Of a DNA stretch of 64,000 bases, positions 9,389 to 18,990 are shown piece after piece. The DNA is from an uncultured Candidatus Rokubacteria bacterium (GTDB lineage Bacteria; Methylomirabilota; Methylomirabilia; Rokubacteriales; DASRDR01): contig CAWGVS010000006.1 of assembly GCA_963826115.1 (NCBI GenBank), positions 352,001-416,000 of the forward strand, written 5' to 3'. Each line of letters starts with the position of its first letter. Position 1 is the first letter of the stretch. The notes below the pieces were generated by a model. The model searched no databases. It saw only the letters and a program-made list of their open reading frames with translations, and had not been told where the DNA came from. Position numbers and translations under genes: made by a program.

Positions 9389-10705
9389 ATGAGCTGGAGA
9401 GCCTTCCGGATCGGCATCCTGGCCCTCGCCATCGCGGCGGGTCCGCTCGCCACATTGGCCGCCGCCCAGGGCAACACGATCTTCATGCCAATGCTGGTCT
9501 ACCGGACCGGCCCCTACGCGCCGAGCGGCATCCCGATCGCCAACGCGGCCAGCGACTACTTCAACCTCGTTAACGAGCGCGACGGCGGGATCAACGGCGT
9601 CAAGATCGTCGTCGAGGAGTGCGAGACGCAGTACGACACCAAGCAGGGCGTCGAGTGCTACGAGCGCCTGAAGGGCAAGGGCCCGCTCATCGTCAATCCC
9701 TACAGCACGGGCATCACGTATCAGCTCATCCCCAAGGCCGCTGTCGACAAGATCGTCGTCCACTCGATGGGCTACGGCATGACGGCGGCCGCCGACGGAC
9801 GCTGGTTCCCCTGGGTGTTCAACTTCCCCATGACCTACTGGAGCCAGGCCTCCGCCTTCGTCAAGTACGTCGGGTCGCAGGAAGGCGGGATGGACAAGCT
9901 GAAGGGGAAGAAGATCGTCCACATCTTCCACAACAGCCCGTACGGGAAGGAAGCCAACCCGACGCTCGAGACGCTGTCGAAGCAGCTCGGGTTCGATCTC
10001 ACGCTGCTCCCGGTCGACCATCCCGGGCAGGAGCAGAAGGCGACGTGGCTCCAGGTCCGCCGGATCAACCCGGACTGGATCTACATCTCTGGGTGGGGCG
10101 TCATGAACCAGGTCGCGGTGAAGGAAGCCTCGGCCCACGGCATGAAGATGGACCACGTGGTGGGCAACTGGTGGACGGGCACCGAGGCCGACGTCGTGCC
10201 GGCCGGTGACGGCGCCAAAGGCTACAAGTCGATGACCTTCACCGCGCCCGGCCACTACAAGATCCACGACGACATCGTCCGTCTGCTCTACGAGAAGGGG
10301 AAGGGCGCCGGCAAGAAAGAGGGCGTCGGCGAGGTGCTGTACAATCGGATGCTCGTCAATGCGATGTTCAATAGCGAGGCCATCCGGACGGCGATGGCCA
10401 AGTACAACACCAAGTCGCCCACGGCGGAGCAGGTGCGCTGGGGCTTCGAGAACCTCAACATCACCGAGCAGCGTCTCGAGCAGCTCGGGATGAAGGGCAT
10501 CACCCGGCCGATCAAGGTCACGTGCGACAACCACGAAGGCAACGGCATGGCGATGGTGCAGCAGTGGGACGGCAAGAACTGGACCATCGTCTCCGAATGG
10601 ATCGAGCCGATGCGCGAGGTGGTCCGCCCGAAGCTCGAGGAGGCGGCGGTCGAGGAAGGCACCAAGCTCCAGTACACGAAGCGCGACTGCTCGAAGGAAG
10701 GCTAG
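9389..10705 (+). CDS. ABC transporter substrate-binding protein (LivK/PBP1 family)
   Basis: Sec signal ending AAA-Q; YRTGPYAPSG, NERDGGINGV, GVECYERLK. AAGGAGG RBS 8 nt before ATG 9389. Confidence 0.92.
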   Translation: MSWRAFRIGILALAIAAGPLATLAAAQGNTIFMPMLVYRTGPYAPSGIPIANAASDYFNLVNERDGGINGVKIVVEECETQYDTKQGVECYERLKGKGPLIVNPYSTGITYQLIPKAAVDKIVVHSMGYGMTAAADGRWFPWVFNFPMTYWSQASAFVKYVGSQEGGMDKLKGKKIVHIFHNSPYGKEANPTLETLSKQLGFDLTLLPVDHPGQEQKATWLQVRRINPDWIYISGWGVMNQVAVKEASAHGMKMDHVVGNWWTGTEADVVPAGDGAKGYKSMTFTAPGHYKIHDDIVRLLYEKGKGAGKKEGVGEVLYNRMLVNAMFNSEAIRTAMAKYNTKSPTAEQVRWGFENLNITEQRLEQLGMKGITRPIKVTCDNHEGNGMAMVQQWDGKNWTIVSEWIEPMREVVRPKLEEAAVEEGTKLQYTKRDCSKEG

Positions 10706-10716
10706 CCGCCAGACGA

Positions 10717-10755
10717 CACCGGCCCACGGGAGGTGGACGGGCCCGTGGGCCGGTG
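10717..10755. repeat. Perfect 14-bp inverted repeat (stem-loop) after the SBP gene
   Basis: CACCGGCCCACGGG (10717-10730) / CCCGTGGGCCGGTG (10742-10755), 11-nt loop, no U-tract. Confidence 0.7.
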
Positions 10756-10778
10756 ACCCACACGGACCGAACGAGAGC

Positions 10779-12053
10779 ATGACGCGAGCGGACCGCCTGC
10801 GCGGCTACTACGACCGGAAGCGCGAGACGATGGGCGGGCGCGCGCGCCGGGTCTACCAGGACGCCTGGGTCCGGGCGCTGGTCACGCACGCCTGGCGGCG
10901 CGCGCCCGGCGTGCGGCGGCGCCTGGAGGCCGCCGGGCTCCGTCCGGCGGCCATCCGGACCACGGCCGACCTCGCCCGCCTTCCGGTCATGAAGAAGGCG
11001 GCCATGCCCGATCTCCAGCGCGCGGACCCTCCGTTCGGCGGCTTCTGCACGGTGCCGCCGACGGACCTCAGCTGGGTGTTCGTGTCGCCCGGCCCGATCT
11101 ACGAGCCGTTCGCGCGGCGGGACTGGAGTCCCTGGCGCGCCGAGACGGCGGCCTTCGCCGGCGGGTTCCGGCCCGGCGACGTGGTCATCAACACGTTCCT
11201 GTACCACCTCACCCCCGCCGCGCACCTCTTCGACCGCGGGCTCGCGCTGCTCGGCTGCACCGTCATCCCGACCGGCCCCGGGAACGTGGAGGTGCAGGTC
11301 AAGACCATCCTCGACCTCCGCGCCACGGGCTACGTCGGCACGCCGTCGTTCCTCCTGGCCATCCTGAAGCACGCCGACGAGAAGGGGCTCGGGCGGCTCC
11401 CGCTCGAGGTCGCCCAGGTCGGCGCGGAGGCCCTGCCCCCGTCGCTCCGGCGGGCGATCGAGACCGACCACGGGATCCTCACGCGCCAGGGCTTCGGCAC
11501 CGCCGACCTCGGCATCATCGCCTACGAGTGCCGCGAGGCTGACGGGATGCACGTGATGGAGGACGTCGTCCTCGAGATCTGCGATCCCGAGACCGGCGCG
11601 CCGCTCCCCGCGGGCGAGACCGGCGAGATCGTCTGCACCGTGAACCACCGGGCGTATCCGATGATCCGGTTCGGCACCGGCGACCTCTCCGTCGTCACCG
11701 AGGCGCCGTGCCCGTGCGGGCGCACCTCGCCGCGGATGCTCGGCTGGCGAGGGCGCGTGGACGAGGTGACGAAGGTGCGGGGCATGTTCATCCATCCGCG
11801 CCAGGGGGACGAGGTCGTCGCGCGGTTCCCGGCGGTGGCGCGCTGGCAGGCGGTCGTGACTCGCGAGGGCCACCAGGACGAGCTCACGCTGCACGTGGAG
11901 CTCGGGCATGGCGCGAACGCCGAGCAGGTCAGCGGCGGGATGGTCGAGGCCATCCGGGACGTCATGAAGCTGCGCGGCGCGGTGCGGGTCGTGGCGCCCG
12001 GGACGATCGCGCCGAACGCCAAGAAGATCGACGACCGCCGGACGTGGGACTGA
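10779..12053 (+). CDS. Phenylacetate-CoA ligase family protein (PaaK-like)
   Basis: FVSPGPIYEP, YHLTPA, GYVGTPSFL, GFGTADLG, YPMIRFGTGDLS, KVRGMFIHP, KKIDDRR. Confidence 0.88.
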   Translation: MTRADRLRGYYDRKRETMGGRARRVYQDAWVRALVTHAWRRAPGVRRRLEAAGLRPAAIRTTADLARLPVMKKAAMPDLQRADPPFGGFCTVPPTDLSWVFVSPGPIYEPFARRDWSPWRAETAAFAGGFRPGDVVINTFLYHLTPAAHLFDRGLALLGCTVIPTGPGNVEVQVKTILDLRATGYVGTPSFLLAILKHADEKGLGRLPLEVAQVGAEALPPSLRRAIETDHGILTRQGFGTADLGIIAYECREADGMHVMEDVVLEICDPETGAPLPAGETGEIVCTVNHRAYPMIRFGTGDLSVVTEAPCPCGRTSPRMLGWRGRVDEVTKVRGMFIHPRQGDEVVARFPAVARWQAVVTREGHQDELTLHVELGHGANAEQVSGGMVEAIRDVMKLRGAVRVVAPGTIAPNAKKIDDRRTWD

Positions 12054-12081
12054 GTGGGGTCGATCCCTGACCGCCCACGTC

Positions 12082-12630
12082 GTGACTCGCCGCGGGCTCC
12101 TGGCCCGCCTGGCGAGCCTCGCCCTGGGGCACGGCCGGCCGGCGCGCGCAGCCGCCCCCCCGGTCGACATGGCCGACGTCAGGCGGCTCGCGCGGGAACC
12201 GGTCGAGACGATCTTCGCGGGCATGCCCATCGGCCGGCTCACCGACGCGGACTACTGGAAGACGGTGCGGGGAAGCCCGAGGCCCGTCGTCGTGGTCTTC
12301 TACGCCAACCAGGACGAGCGTTCGCGGAACCTCGCGACGCTGGCGCGCTACCTGGCCGTCGAGTACGCGGAGGTGATCGGCTTCTACGGCTACCGCGTGA
12401 CCGCGGGGACGACCGTGGAGCGCGCCGCGCTCGCCGAGATCGACCGGCGCTACGGGGTGAAGCGGCTCCCGGCGACCCTGTTCTACGACAACGACCACGG
12501 CAAGATGGAGCTCGAGCGCGCCGACTACTCGGTCCCCGCCATGCTCGAGTACCGGACCCCGAGCATGCTGTTCTGGCGGACATACCACCAGGCCATCCGG
12601 GAGTACATCGAGAAGAACATCCTGGACTGA
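12082..12630 (+). CDS. Exported thioredoxin-fold protein lacking the CxxC motif
   Basis: Tat-like TRRGLL signal. LTDADY...PVVVVFYANQDERS...YGVKRLPATLFY parallels the thioredoxin pattern. No Cys in the protein. Confidence 0.55.
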   Translation: MTRRGLLARLASLALGHGRPARAAAPPVDMADVRRLAREPVETIFAGMPIGRLTDADYWKTVRGSPRPVVVVFYANQDERSRNLATLARYLAVEYAEVIGFYGYRVTAGTTVERAALAEIDRRYGVKRLPATLFYDNDHGKMELERADYSVPAMLEYRTPSMLFWRTYHQAIREYIEKNILD

Positions 12631-12649
12631 GGAGAGCCGCAGACCTGCG

Positions 12650-13303
12650 ATGACTGACCGGATGGAGCTCTTCGAGCGCGTGCTCTCGCTCGAGCCGGGC
12701 CGGACCGCGCTGCTCGTCGTCGACATGCAGCGCGGGTTCCTCGACCCTGGGGCGGCGATGGAGGTGCCGGCGGCGCGGGCGATCGTGCCGACGGTGGCCC
12801 GGCTGGTGGCCTTGTTCCGGGAGCGGCGCCTTCCGGTGGTGTTCAGCCAGTTCGTCTACTCGCCGGCGGCGCCGCTCCTGGTGGGCGAGCTCCATCCGGA
12901 GCACCGCCCGGCGCCTCCGGGCGCGCCGACCGGGTTCGGCCGGCCGTCGTCCTCGTGCCTCGAGGGCGACCCGAGCGTCGACGTGGTGCCCGAGCTCGCG
13001 CCGCGGCCCGGCGAGCTCGCGGTCCGGAAGCACTGGTACGACGCGTTCGCGGGCACGCCGCTCGACGGCGCGCTCCGGGCGCAGGGCGTGGGGTCGCTGG
13101 TAGTGACCGGGACGATGACGGACATCTGCGTCCTCGCCACCGTCATCGGCGCGTTCAACCGGGAGTACCGCGTCACCGTCGTCGAGGACGGCGTGGCGAC
13201 CCTCTGGCCCGAGATCCAGCGGGCGAGCCTCGACATCGTCCGCCGAGCCTACGGACGGGTGACGCCCGCCGCGCGCGTGGCCGCGGAGATCGCGGCCTGG
13301 TGA
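12650..13303 (+). CDS. Isochorismatase-family cysteine hydrolase
   Basis: ALLVVDMQ (Asp), RKHWYDAF (Lys), GTMTDICV (Cys) triad. Confidence 0.9.
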   Translation: MTDRMELFERVLSLEPGRTALLVVDMQRGFLDPGAAMEVPAARAIVPTVARLVALFRERRLPVVFSQFVYSPAAPLLVGELHPEHRPAPPGAPTGFGRPSSSCLEGDPSVDVVPELAPRPGELAVRKHWYDAFAGTPLDGALRAQGVGSLVVTGTMTDICVLATVIGAFNREYRVTVVEDGVATLWPEIQRASLDIVRRAYGRVTPAARVAAEIAAW

Positions 13304-13412
13304 GGGCGCCGGGGCGGAGACTTGCGCGGAGCGGCCCGCCCGTGGAGTATAGGGCCGCCCGGCCGACCGATCTCACGGCCGACATTCCAACCTAACCAGG
13401 GAGGAGCCGACC

Positions 13413-14717
13413 ATGACGGAGCGCTGGCAGAACGAAGCGTGGGCGCAGGACTTCTGGTGGAGCGGCAAGACCACGCGGCGCCGTTTCCTTGGCCTCACCG
13501 CCGGCGCGGCCGGCGCGCTGGGGGCGACGATGCTGGTGCCCCCGCCCTGGCGCGAGGCGTTCGGTCAGGCCAAGCCCTACAAGATCGGGAGCCTCCAGCC
13601 CCTGTCGGGCACGGCGGCGGCCGGCGGCAAGACGGCGCTGGTCGGCGTGCAGATGGCGGTGGACCGGATCAACAAGAGCGGTGGCGTGAACGGGCGGCCC
13701 ATTGAGCTGCTGGTCGCCGACTACGAGTCGAAGCCCGACGTCGGCCGGCGCAAGGCGGAGAAGCTGGTCGTCGACGACCAGATCGACGCCCACGCCGGGG
13801 GCTATCTCTCCAACGTGTGCCTGGCCTGCATGCCGGTCTACGAGGAGAACAAGGTCGTCAACATGATCACGGTGTGCCTCGACACCACGATCACGACGAC
13901 GAAGTGCAGCCGGTACACCTTCCGGCCGTTCGACTTCGCCCCGGCCCAGGCGGTCGCCGCGGCGCCGTACCTGGTCAACAAGATCGGCAAGCGATGGCAC
14001 ATCGCCTACGCCGACTACGCCTGGGGACAGTCCACCCGCGACGCCTACGTCGAGCAGATCAAGGGCGCCGGCGGCTCGGTCGTCGAGACGACGGGTATCC
14101 CGCTCGGGACGGCGGACATGACGCCGTTCCTGTCGAAGGTCACCGGCAGCTTCGATGGGCTGTTCGGGATCTTCTTCGGGCCCCAGGGCATCGCCTTCGT
14201 CACCCAGAGCTTCGACCTGGGTCTCAGCAAGAAGTACCGTCTGGCCGGCGACGGGGCCATCGCGGTCGCCACCGCCCTGCCGGCGATCGGCAGCAAGGGA
14301 GAGGGCTTCGTCGGTATCGACCGCTACATCCCGGTGATGGAGGGCGTCCTGAACACGCCCCATCACAAGCGGTTCCTCGACGACGCGACGGCGCGGCTCA
14401 AGCAGATTGACCCGAGCGGGCCGCTGCCCGACCGCTACGTGCAGTCGAACTACGAGGGTCTCAACGCACTCCGGATCGGGATGCAGAAGTCCGGCTTCCA
14501 GGGGCGCAAGGACACGATGAAGCTGATCGAGGCCCTGGAAGGGCTCCAGATGAAGGAAAGCGACGACTTCCCCCAGGGCGACAAGGTCCTGCGCAAGGAG
14601 GACCATCAAGCGTTCCTCCGCGAGTTCATGTTCGAGCTTCGCGGGGGCAAGTACAAGATCCTGGACGTCATTCCCAAGGAGAAGACGATGGTTCCGCCGT
14701 CGTGCCAGTTCGCCTAG
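13413..14717 (+). CDS. Tat-exported ABC substrate-binding protein (LivK/UrtA-like)
   Basis: TRRRFLG twin-Arg signal; KIGSLQPLSG, INKSGGVNGRPIEL, ADYAWG; GGAGG RBS. Confidence 0.9.
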   Translation: MTERWQNEAWAQDFWWSGKTTRRRFLGLTAGAAGALGATMLVPPPWREAFGQAKPYKIGSLQPLSGTAAAGGKTALVGVQMAVDRINKSGGVNGRPIELLVADYESKPDVGRRKAEKLVVDDQIDAHAGGYLSNVCLACMPVYEENKVVNMITVCLDTTITTTKCSRYTFRPFDFAPAQAVAAAPYLVNKIGKRWHIAYADYAWGQSTRDAYVEQIKGAGGSVVETTGIPLGTADMTPFLSKVTGSFDGLFGIFFGPQGIAFVTQSFDLGLSKKYRLAGDGAIAVATALPAIGSKGEGFVGIDRYIPVMEGVLNTPHHKRFLDDATARLKQIDPSGPLPDRYVQSNYEGLNALRIGMQKSGFQGRKDTMKLIEALEGLQMKESDDFPQGDKVLRKEDHQAFLREFMFELRGGKYKILDVIPKEKTMVPPSCQFA

Positions 14718-14727
14718 CGCGACTGGC

Positions 14728-15518
14728 GTGACCGACGCGCGCGCGGCCGGAGCAGTCTCCCGGCCCGGACCGGGGACTGCTCCGCCGCCCATCCTCTCGA
14801 CCGAGGGCCTGACCGTGCAGTTCGGCGGGCTGACGGCCCTCAACCGCGTCTCCCTGGCGGTGACGCCGGGCGAGATCCGGGCCGTCATCGGACCGAACGG
14901 GGCGGGGAAGTCCACCCTGTTCAACTGCCTCACCGGCGTGCTCCGGCCCACCGCGGGCCGGATCGTCCTCGAGGGGCGGGACGTCACCGGGCTGCCGCCC
15001 CACGCGCTCTCGCACCGGGGCATCGCCCGCAGCTACCAGATCACCAACATCCTGCCCGGTGCTACCGTGCTGGAGAACGTGCGAATCGCGGCCCAGTCGC
15101 GCCGGCACGGCTGGAGCCTCTGGCGGCACCACCTCGCGTATACGGATCTCCTGGTCCGGGCTCGACACGTGCTCGCGAGCGTCGGCCTCGACGACAAGGC
15201 GGACGAGCTGGCGGCGAACCTCTCGCACGGGGAGCAGCGGAACCTCGAGATCGGGATCGCGCTCGCCACCGAACCGAAGGTGCTGTGCCTGGACGAGCCG
15301 ACGGCGGGCATGAGCGCGACCGAGACTCGAGCCACGGTCGAGCTCGTCCGGCGGATCGCCGCCGACTACACCATCCTCATCGTCGAGCACGACATGGAGG
15401 TCGTGATGGGGCTTGCCCAGACCATCACCGTGCTCCACTACGGCGAGATCCTGGCCGAGGGCACGCCCGCCGAGATCCAGGCGAATGCCCGCGTCCAGGA
15501 GGTGTACCTGAAAACCTG

Positions 15519-15519
<1 letters not shown>
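14728..15519 (+). CDS. ABC ATP-binding protein (LivG-like)
   Basis: GPNGAGKST, LSHGEQR, LDEPTAG, VEHDM. Confidence 0.9.
14749..14783. repeat. Inverted repeat (hairpin) just downstream of the second SBP gene
   Basis: GGAGCAGTC (14749-14757) / GACTGCTCC (14775-14783), extendable inward with G-U pairing and a bulge. Confidence 0.5.
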
Positions 15520-16226
<707 letters not shown>

Positions 16227-16234
16227 GGCTCCCG

Positions 16235-17095
16235 ATGGACCAGATCCTGATCCAGACGGTCAACGGACTCGTCAACGGGATGATCCTCGCCCTCGTGGCG
16301 TCCGGGCTGACGCTCATCTTCGGCATCATGGACGTGGTCAACTTCGCCCACGGCGACCTCGTGATGCTGGGGGGATTCGTCGGAGCCGCCACGATCGCGG
16401 CGACCGGGAACTTCTGGCTGGCGCTTCTGGTGGCGGCCGTCACGATCGGAGTGTTCGGCGCGCTGCTGCAGGCGACGACGCTGCGCCCGCTCCTCGGGCG
16501 TGATCCCTTGACCACGATCCTGGCGACCTTTGGCGCGTCGCTGGTCCTGCAGAAGTACGCCATCTGGCAGTGGGGCCCCACGGCCCGGCAGATCCCGGAG
16601 CCGGTGACGGGCCAGTTCGCGCTCTTCTACCTCCAGTATCCCTGGTATCGCATCCTGGCGGCCGCGCTGTCCGGGGCGATCATCTTCGCCCTCTGGCTCT
16701 TCCTGAAGCACGGCAAGTACGGCATCTGGATCCGGGCGACGACCCAGGACCGGGTGATGGCCTCGGCCATGGGCATCCCCGTGCCCCTCGTGCACACCGT
16801 CGTGTTCGCCATCGGCGCCGCGATGGCCGCGGCGAGCGGCGTGCTGTTCGCGCCGCTCGCCGCCGTCACGCAGACGATGGGCTTCGACTTCACGCTCCGC
16901 GCGTTCATCGTGGTCGTGGTGGGCGGCATGGGCAACCTCGGCGGCTCGATCCTGGCCGCGATCTTCATCAGCCTGATCGAGGCCTACGCCGCGATCGTGG
17001 TGAGCCCCGCCCAGGCGGTCATCGTCTCGTTCGTGGTGCTGGTCATCACCATGCTCGTCCGGCCGACCGGCCTGTTCGTCCCCACGCCGAAATGA
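16235..17095 (+). CDS. ABC permease (LivH-like)
   Basis: ASGLTLIFGIMDVVNFAHG, VVVVGGMGN, RPTGLF. Confidence 0.9.
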   Translation: MDQILIQTVNGLVNGMILALVASGLTLIFGIMDVVNFAHGDLVMLGGFVGAATIAATGNFWLALLVAAVTIGVFGALLQATTLRPLLGRDPLTTILATFGASLVLQKYAIWQWGPTARQIPEPVTGQFALFYLQYPWYRILAAALSGAIIFALWLFLKHGKYGIWIRATTQDRVMASAMGIPVPLVHTVVFAIGAAMAAASGVLFAPLAAVTQTMGFDFTLRAFIVVVVGGMGNLGGSILAAIFISLIEAYAAIVVSPAQAVIVSFVVLVITMLVRPTGLFVPTPK

Positions 17096-18063
17096 CGACG
17101 GCCGTGGCCCGGGCCGCCCGCCCCGCGACCGGCTACTGGATCGGATTCGGTGTCGTGCTGGCGGTTCTGGCCGCCGCGCCGCTCGTGCTGCCGCCGTTCT
17201 GGCAGCGCTTCGCCACGGAGATTCTGATCTGGGGCCTGCTGGCGATGTCCTCCGACATCCTGATCGGCTACACGGGCATGGTCTCGTTCGGGCACTCGGC
17301 CTTCTTCGGCCTCGGCATGTACGGCGCGGCCACAGCGCTCCTCACGAGCAAGCCGCCGAGTCTCGCGCTGGCCGTGTTCTACGGCCTGGTGGGGGCGGGC
17401 GCCGTGGCGGTCTTCGTCGCCTTCTTCGCGACGCGCCTCCGCGAGATCTACTTCTCCATCTCGACCCTGGTCTTCTCCCAGATCTTTTACGTCATCATCT
17501 TCACCTGGACGGCAGTGACCGGCGGGGAGAACGGCCTCTCTTTCAGCCAGCCTGCCCTCGCGATCCCGGGCTTCGAGCGCACCCGATTCACGCTGGCGAC
17601 CTTCCACTGGTTCGTGCTCGCGGTGGTCGCGCTCTCGTACCTCGTGGCCCGCCGCATCACACAGTCTCCCTTCGGCATGGTCCTCCAGTCGATCCGGGAG
17701 AACGAGGCGCGCACGCGGGCCATCGGCTACCACGTGGAGCGCTACAAGATGGTGGCGGTGATGCTGTCGGGGCTGTTCGCGGGGCTGGCCGGCGTGCTCT
17801 ACGCGGTCCAGAACAAGTTCGCCGCCCCCGACTTCGTCTTCTTCGCCGTGTCCGGAGAGGTCGTGATCTACAACGTGATGGGGGGAATCGGCACGCTGGT
17901 GGGCCCCTTCGCCGGGGCCGCGTTCTTCCTGCTGCTGAGGGAAGGCGTCTCCCGGTTCTTCACGGAGTACTACCTGATCCCGGTGGGCGTGCTGTTCATC
18001 CTGATGATCATCTTCCTGCCGCAGGGGCTGCTCGGGTTCCTCCGCCGGCCGCTGAACCGCTGA
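17092..18063 (+). CDS. ABC permease (LivM-like)
   Basis: ATGA overlap; GYTGMVSFGHSAFFG, TGGENG, SPFG..LQSIRENE, GGIGTLVGP. Confidence 0.9.
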   Translation: MTTAVARAARPATGYWIGFGVVLAVLAAAPLVLPPFWQRFATEILIWGLLAMSSDILIGYTGMVSFGHSAFFGLGMYGAATALLTSKPPSLALAVFYGLVGAGAVAVFVAFFATRLREIYFSISTLVFSQIFYVIIFTWTAVTGGENGLSFSQPALAIPGFERTRFTLATFHWFVLAVVALSYLVARRITQSPFGMVLQSIRENEARTRAIGYHVERYKMVAVMLSGLFAGLAGVLYAVQNKFAAPDFVFFAVSGEVVIYNVMGGIGTLVGPFAGAAFFLLLREGVSRFFTEYYLIPVGVLFILMIIFLPQGLLGFLRRPLNR

Positions 18064-18107
18064 GCCCGTCGGCGTCCCCGGGACCGCTTCCGGCGCGGGC
18101 GCAACCG

Positions 18108-18137
18108 TTGACGAACCCCGGGGCCGCCGCCGACAAT
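18108..18137 (+). promoter_or_regulatory. Candidate sigma70 promoter for the type II PKS-like cluster
   Basis: TTGACG (18108-18113), 18 nt spacer, GACAAT (18132-18137). Confidence 0.4.
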
Positions 18138-18147
18138 GGACCCGTCT

Positions 18148-18987
18148 ATGACCGGTCTAGGCCGCGCGGGTGAGCGCGTGCGACCTGGCGGCGGCCCGCC
18201 CCGGCAACGCCGGCCGTACCCGGTCACCGCGCTGGGCGTGGCGACGGCCATCGGGCTCCTGGCGGCGGCCTGCGCGGGGACTCCGGCGGCGGACCCCGCG
18301 GCCGCGACGCGAGCCCGGTTCGATCTCGAGCACGATGCCTTCGCCTTCGCGAACCTCGTGCGGGCCGAGCGCCCCGGATGGAACGACAGCTTCGCGAATT
18401 ACTGCCTGCTCATCGCCCGCTCGGCGAGCCAGTTCTATCGCTTCGCCCGCTTCGCGCCCGACCAGCCCCCGGCGTCGGCGGACGAGTACGCGCGCCTGGT
18501 CCACGAGGTCATGGCCCGGCCGGCCTGGGCGCCGCCGGCCGAGGACGCGCAGCGCGTGAGCATCCCGGGCTACGCGAACCTCCGCGACTTCTCGGCGGCG
18601 CAGGAGCGGGTCGTCAAGGAGGCCTTCGGCTCCAACGTCCTCAGCATGATGCACTGGCGCACGTGGCGCGTGGGCGTCGACTTCCCGCCGGAGCACCAGG
18701 CGCGTCTCGCGCGCGAGCTGATCGACGAGGTGGATGCCGGCCGCCCGGTGCCCCTGATGATCACGAACTTCCCCCACGAGGACCTCCTCAACCACTCCGT
18801 GCTCGTGTACGACCACCGCCCGGGCCAGCAGGGCACCGACTTCCTCTCCTACGACCCGAACGATCCCGGCTCGCCGCTCACGCTGTACTACGACGCCACC
18901 GCGCGGGCCTTCTGGGTGGGGCCCCTGACGTACAGTCAGCCCGGACGGATCCGCGCCTTCCGCATCTACGGCTCGCCGCTCTTCTGA
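18148..18987 (+). CDS. Putative lipoprotein with a papain-like Cys-His-Asp motif set (uncharacterised)
   Basis: Lipobox LAAAC (Cys codon 18271); FDLEHDAFAFAN, NYC (18403), NHSVLVY (His 18793), YDPN (Asp 18853). Start could be 18136, 18148 or later. Confidence 0.6.
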   Translation: MTGLGRAGERVRPGGGPPRQRRPYPVTALGVATAIGLLAAACAGTPAADPAAATRARFDLEHDAFAFANLVRAERPGWNDSFANYCLLIARSASQFYRFARFAPDQPPASADEYARLVHEVMARPAWAPPAEDAQRVSIPGYANLRDFSAAQERVVKEAFGSNVLSMMHWRTWRVGVDFPPEHQARLARELIDEVDAGRPVPLMITNFPHEDLLNHSVLVYDHRPGQQGTDFLSYDPNDPGSPLTLYYDATARAFWVGPLTYSQPGRIRAFRIYGSPLF

Positions 18988-18990
18988 CGC

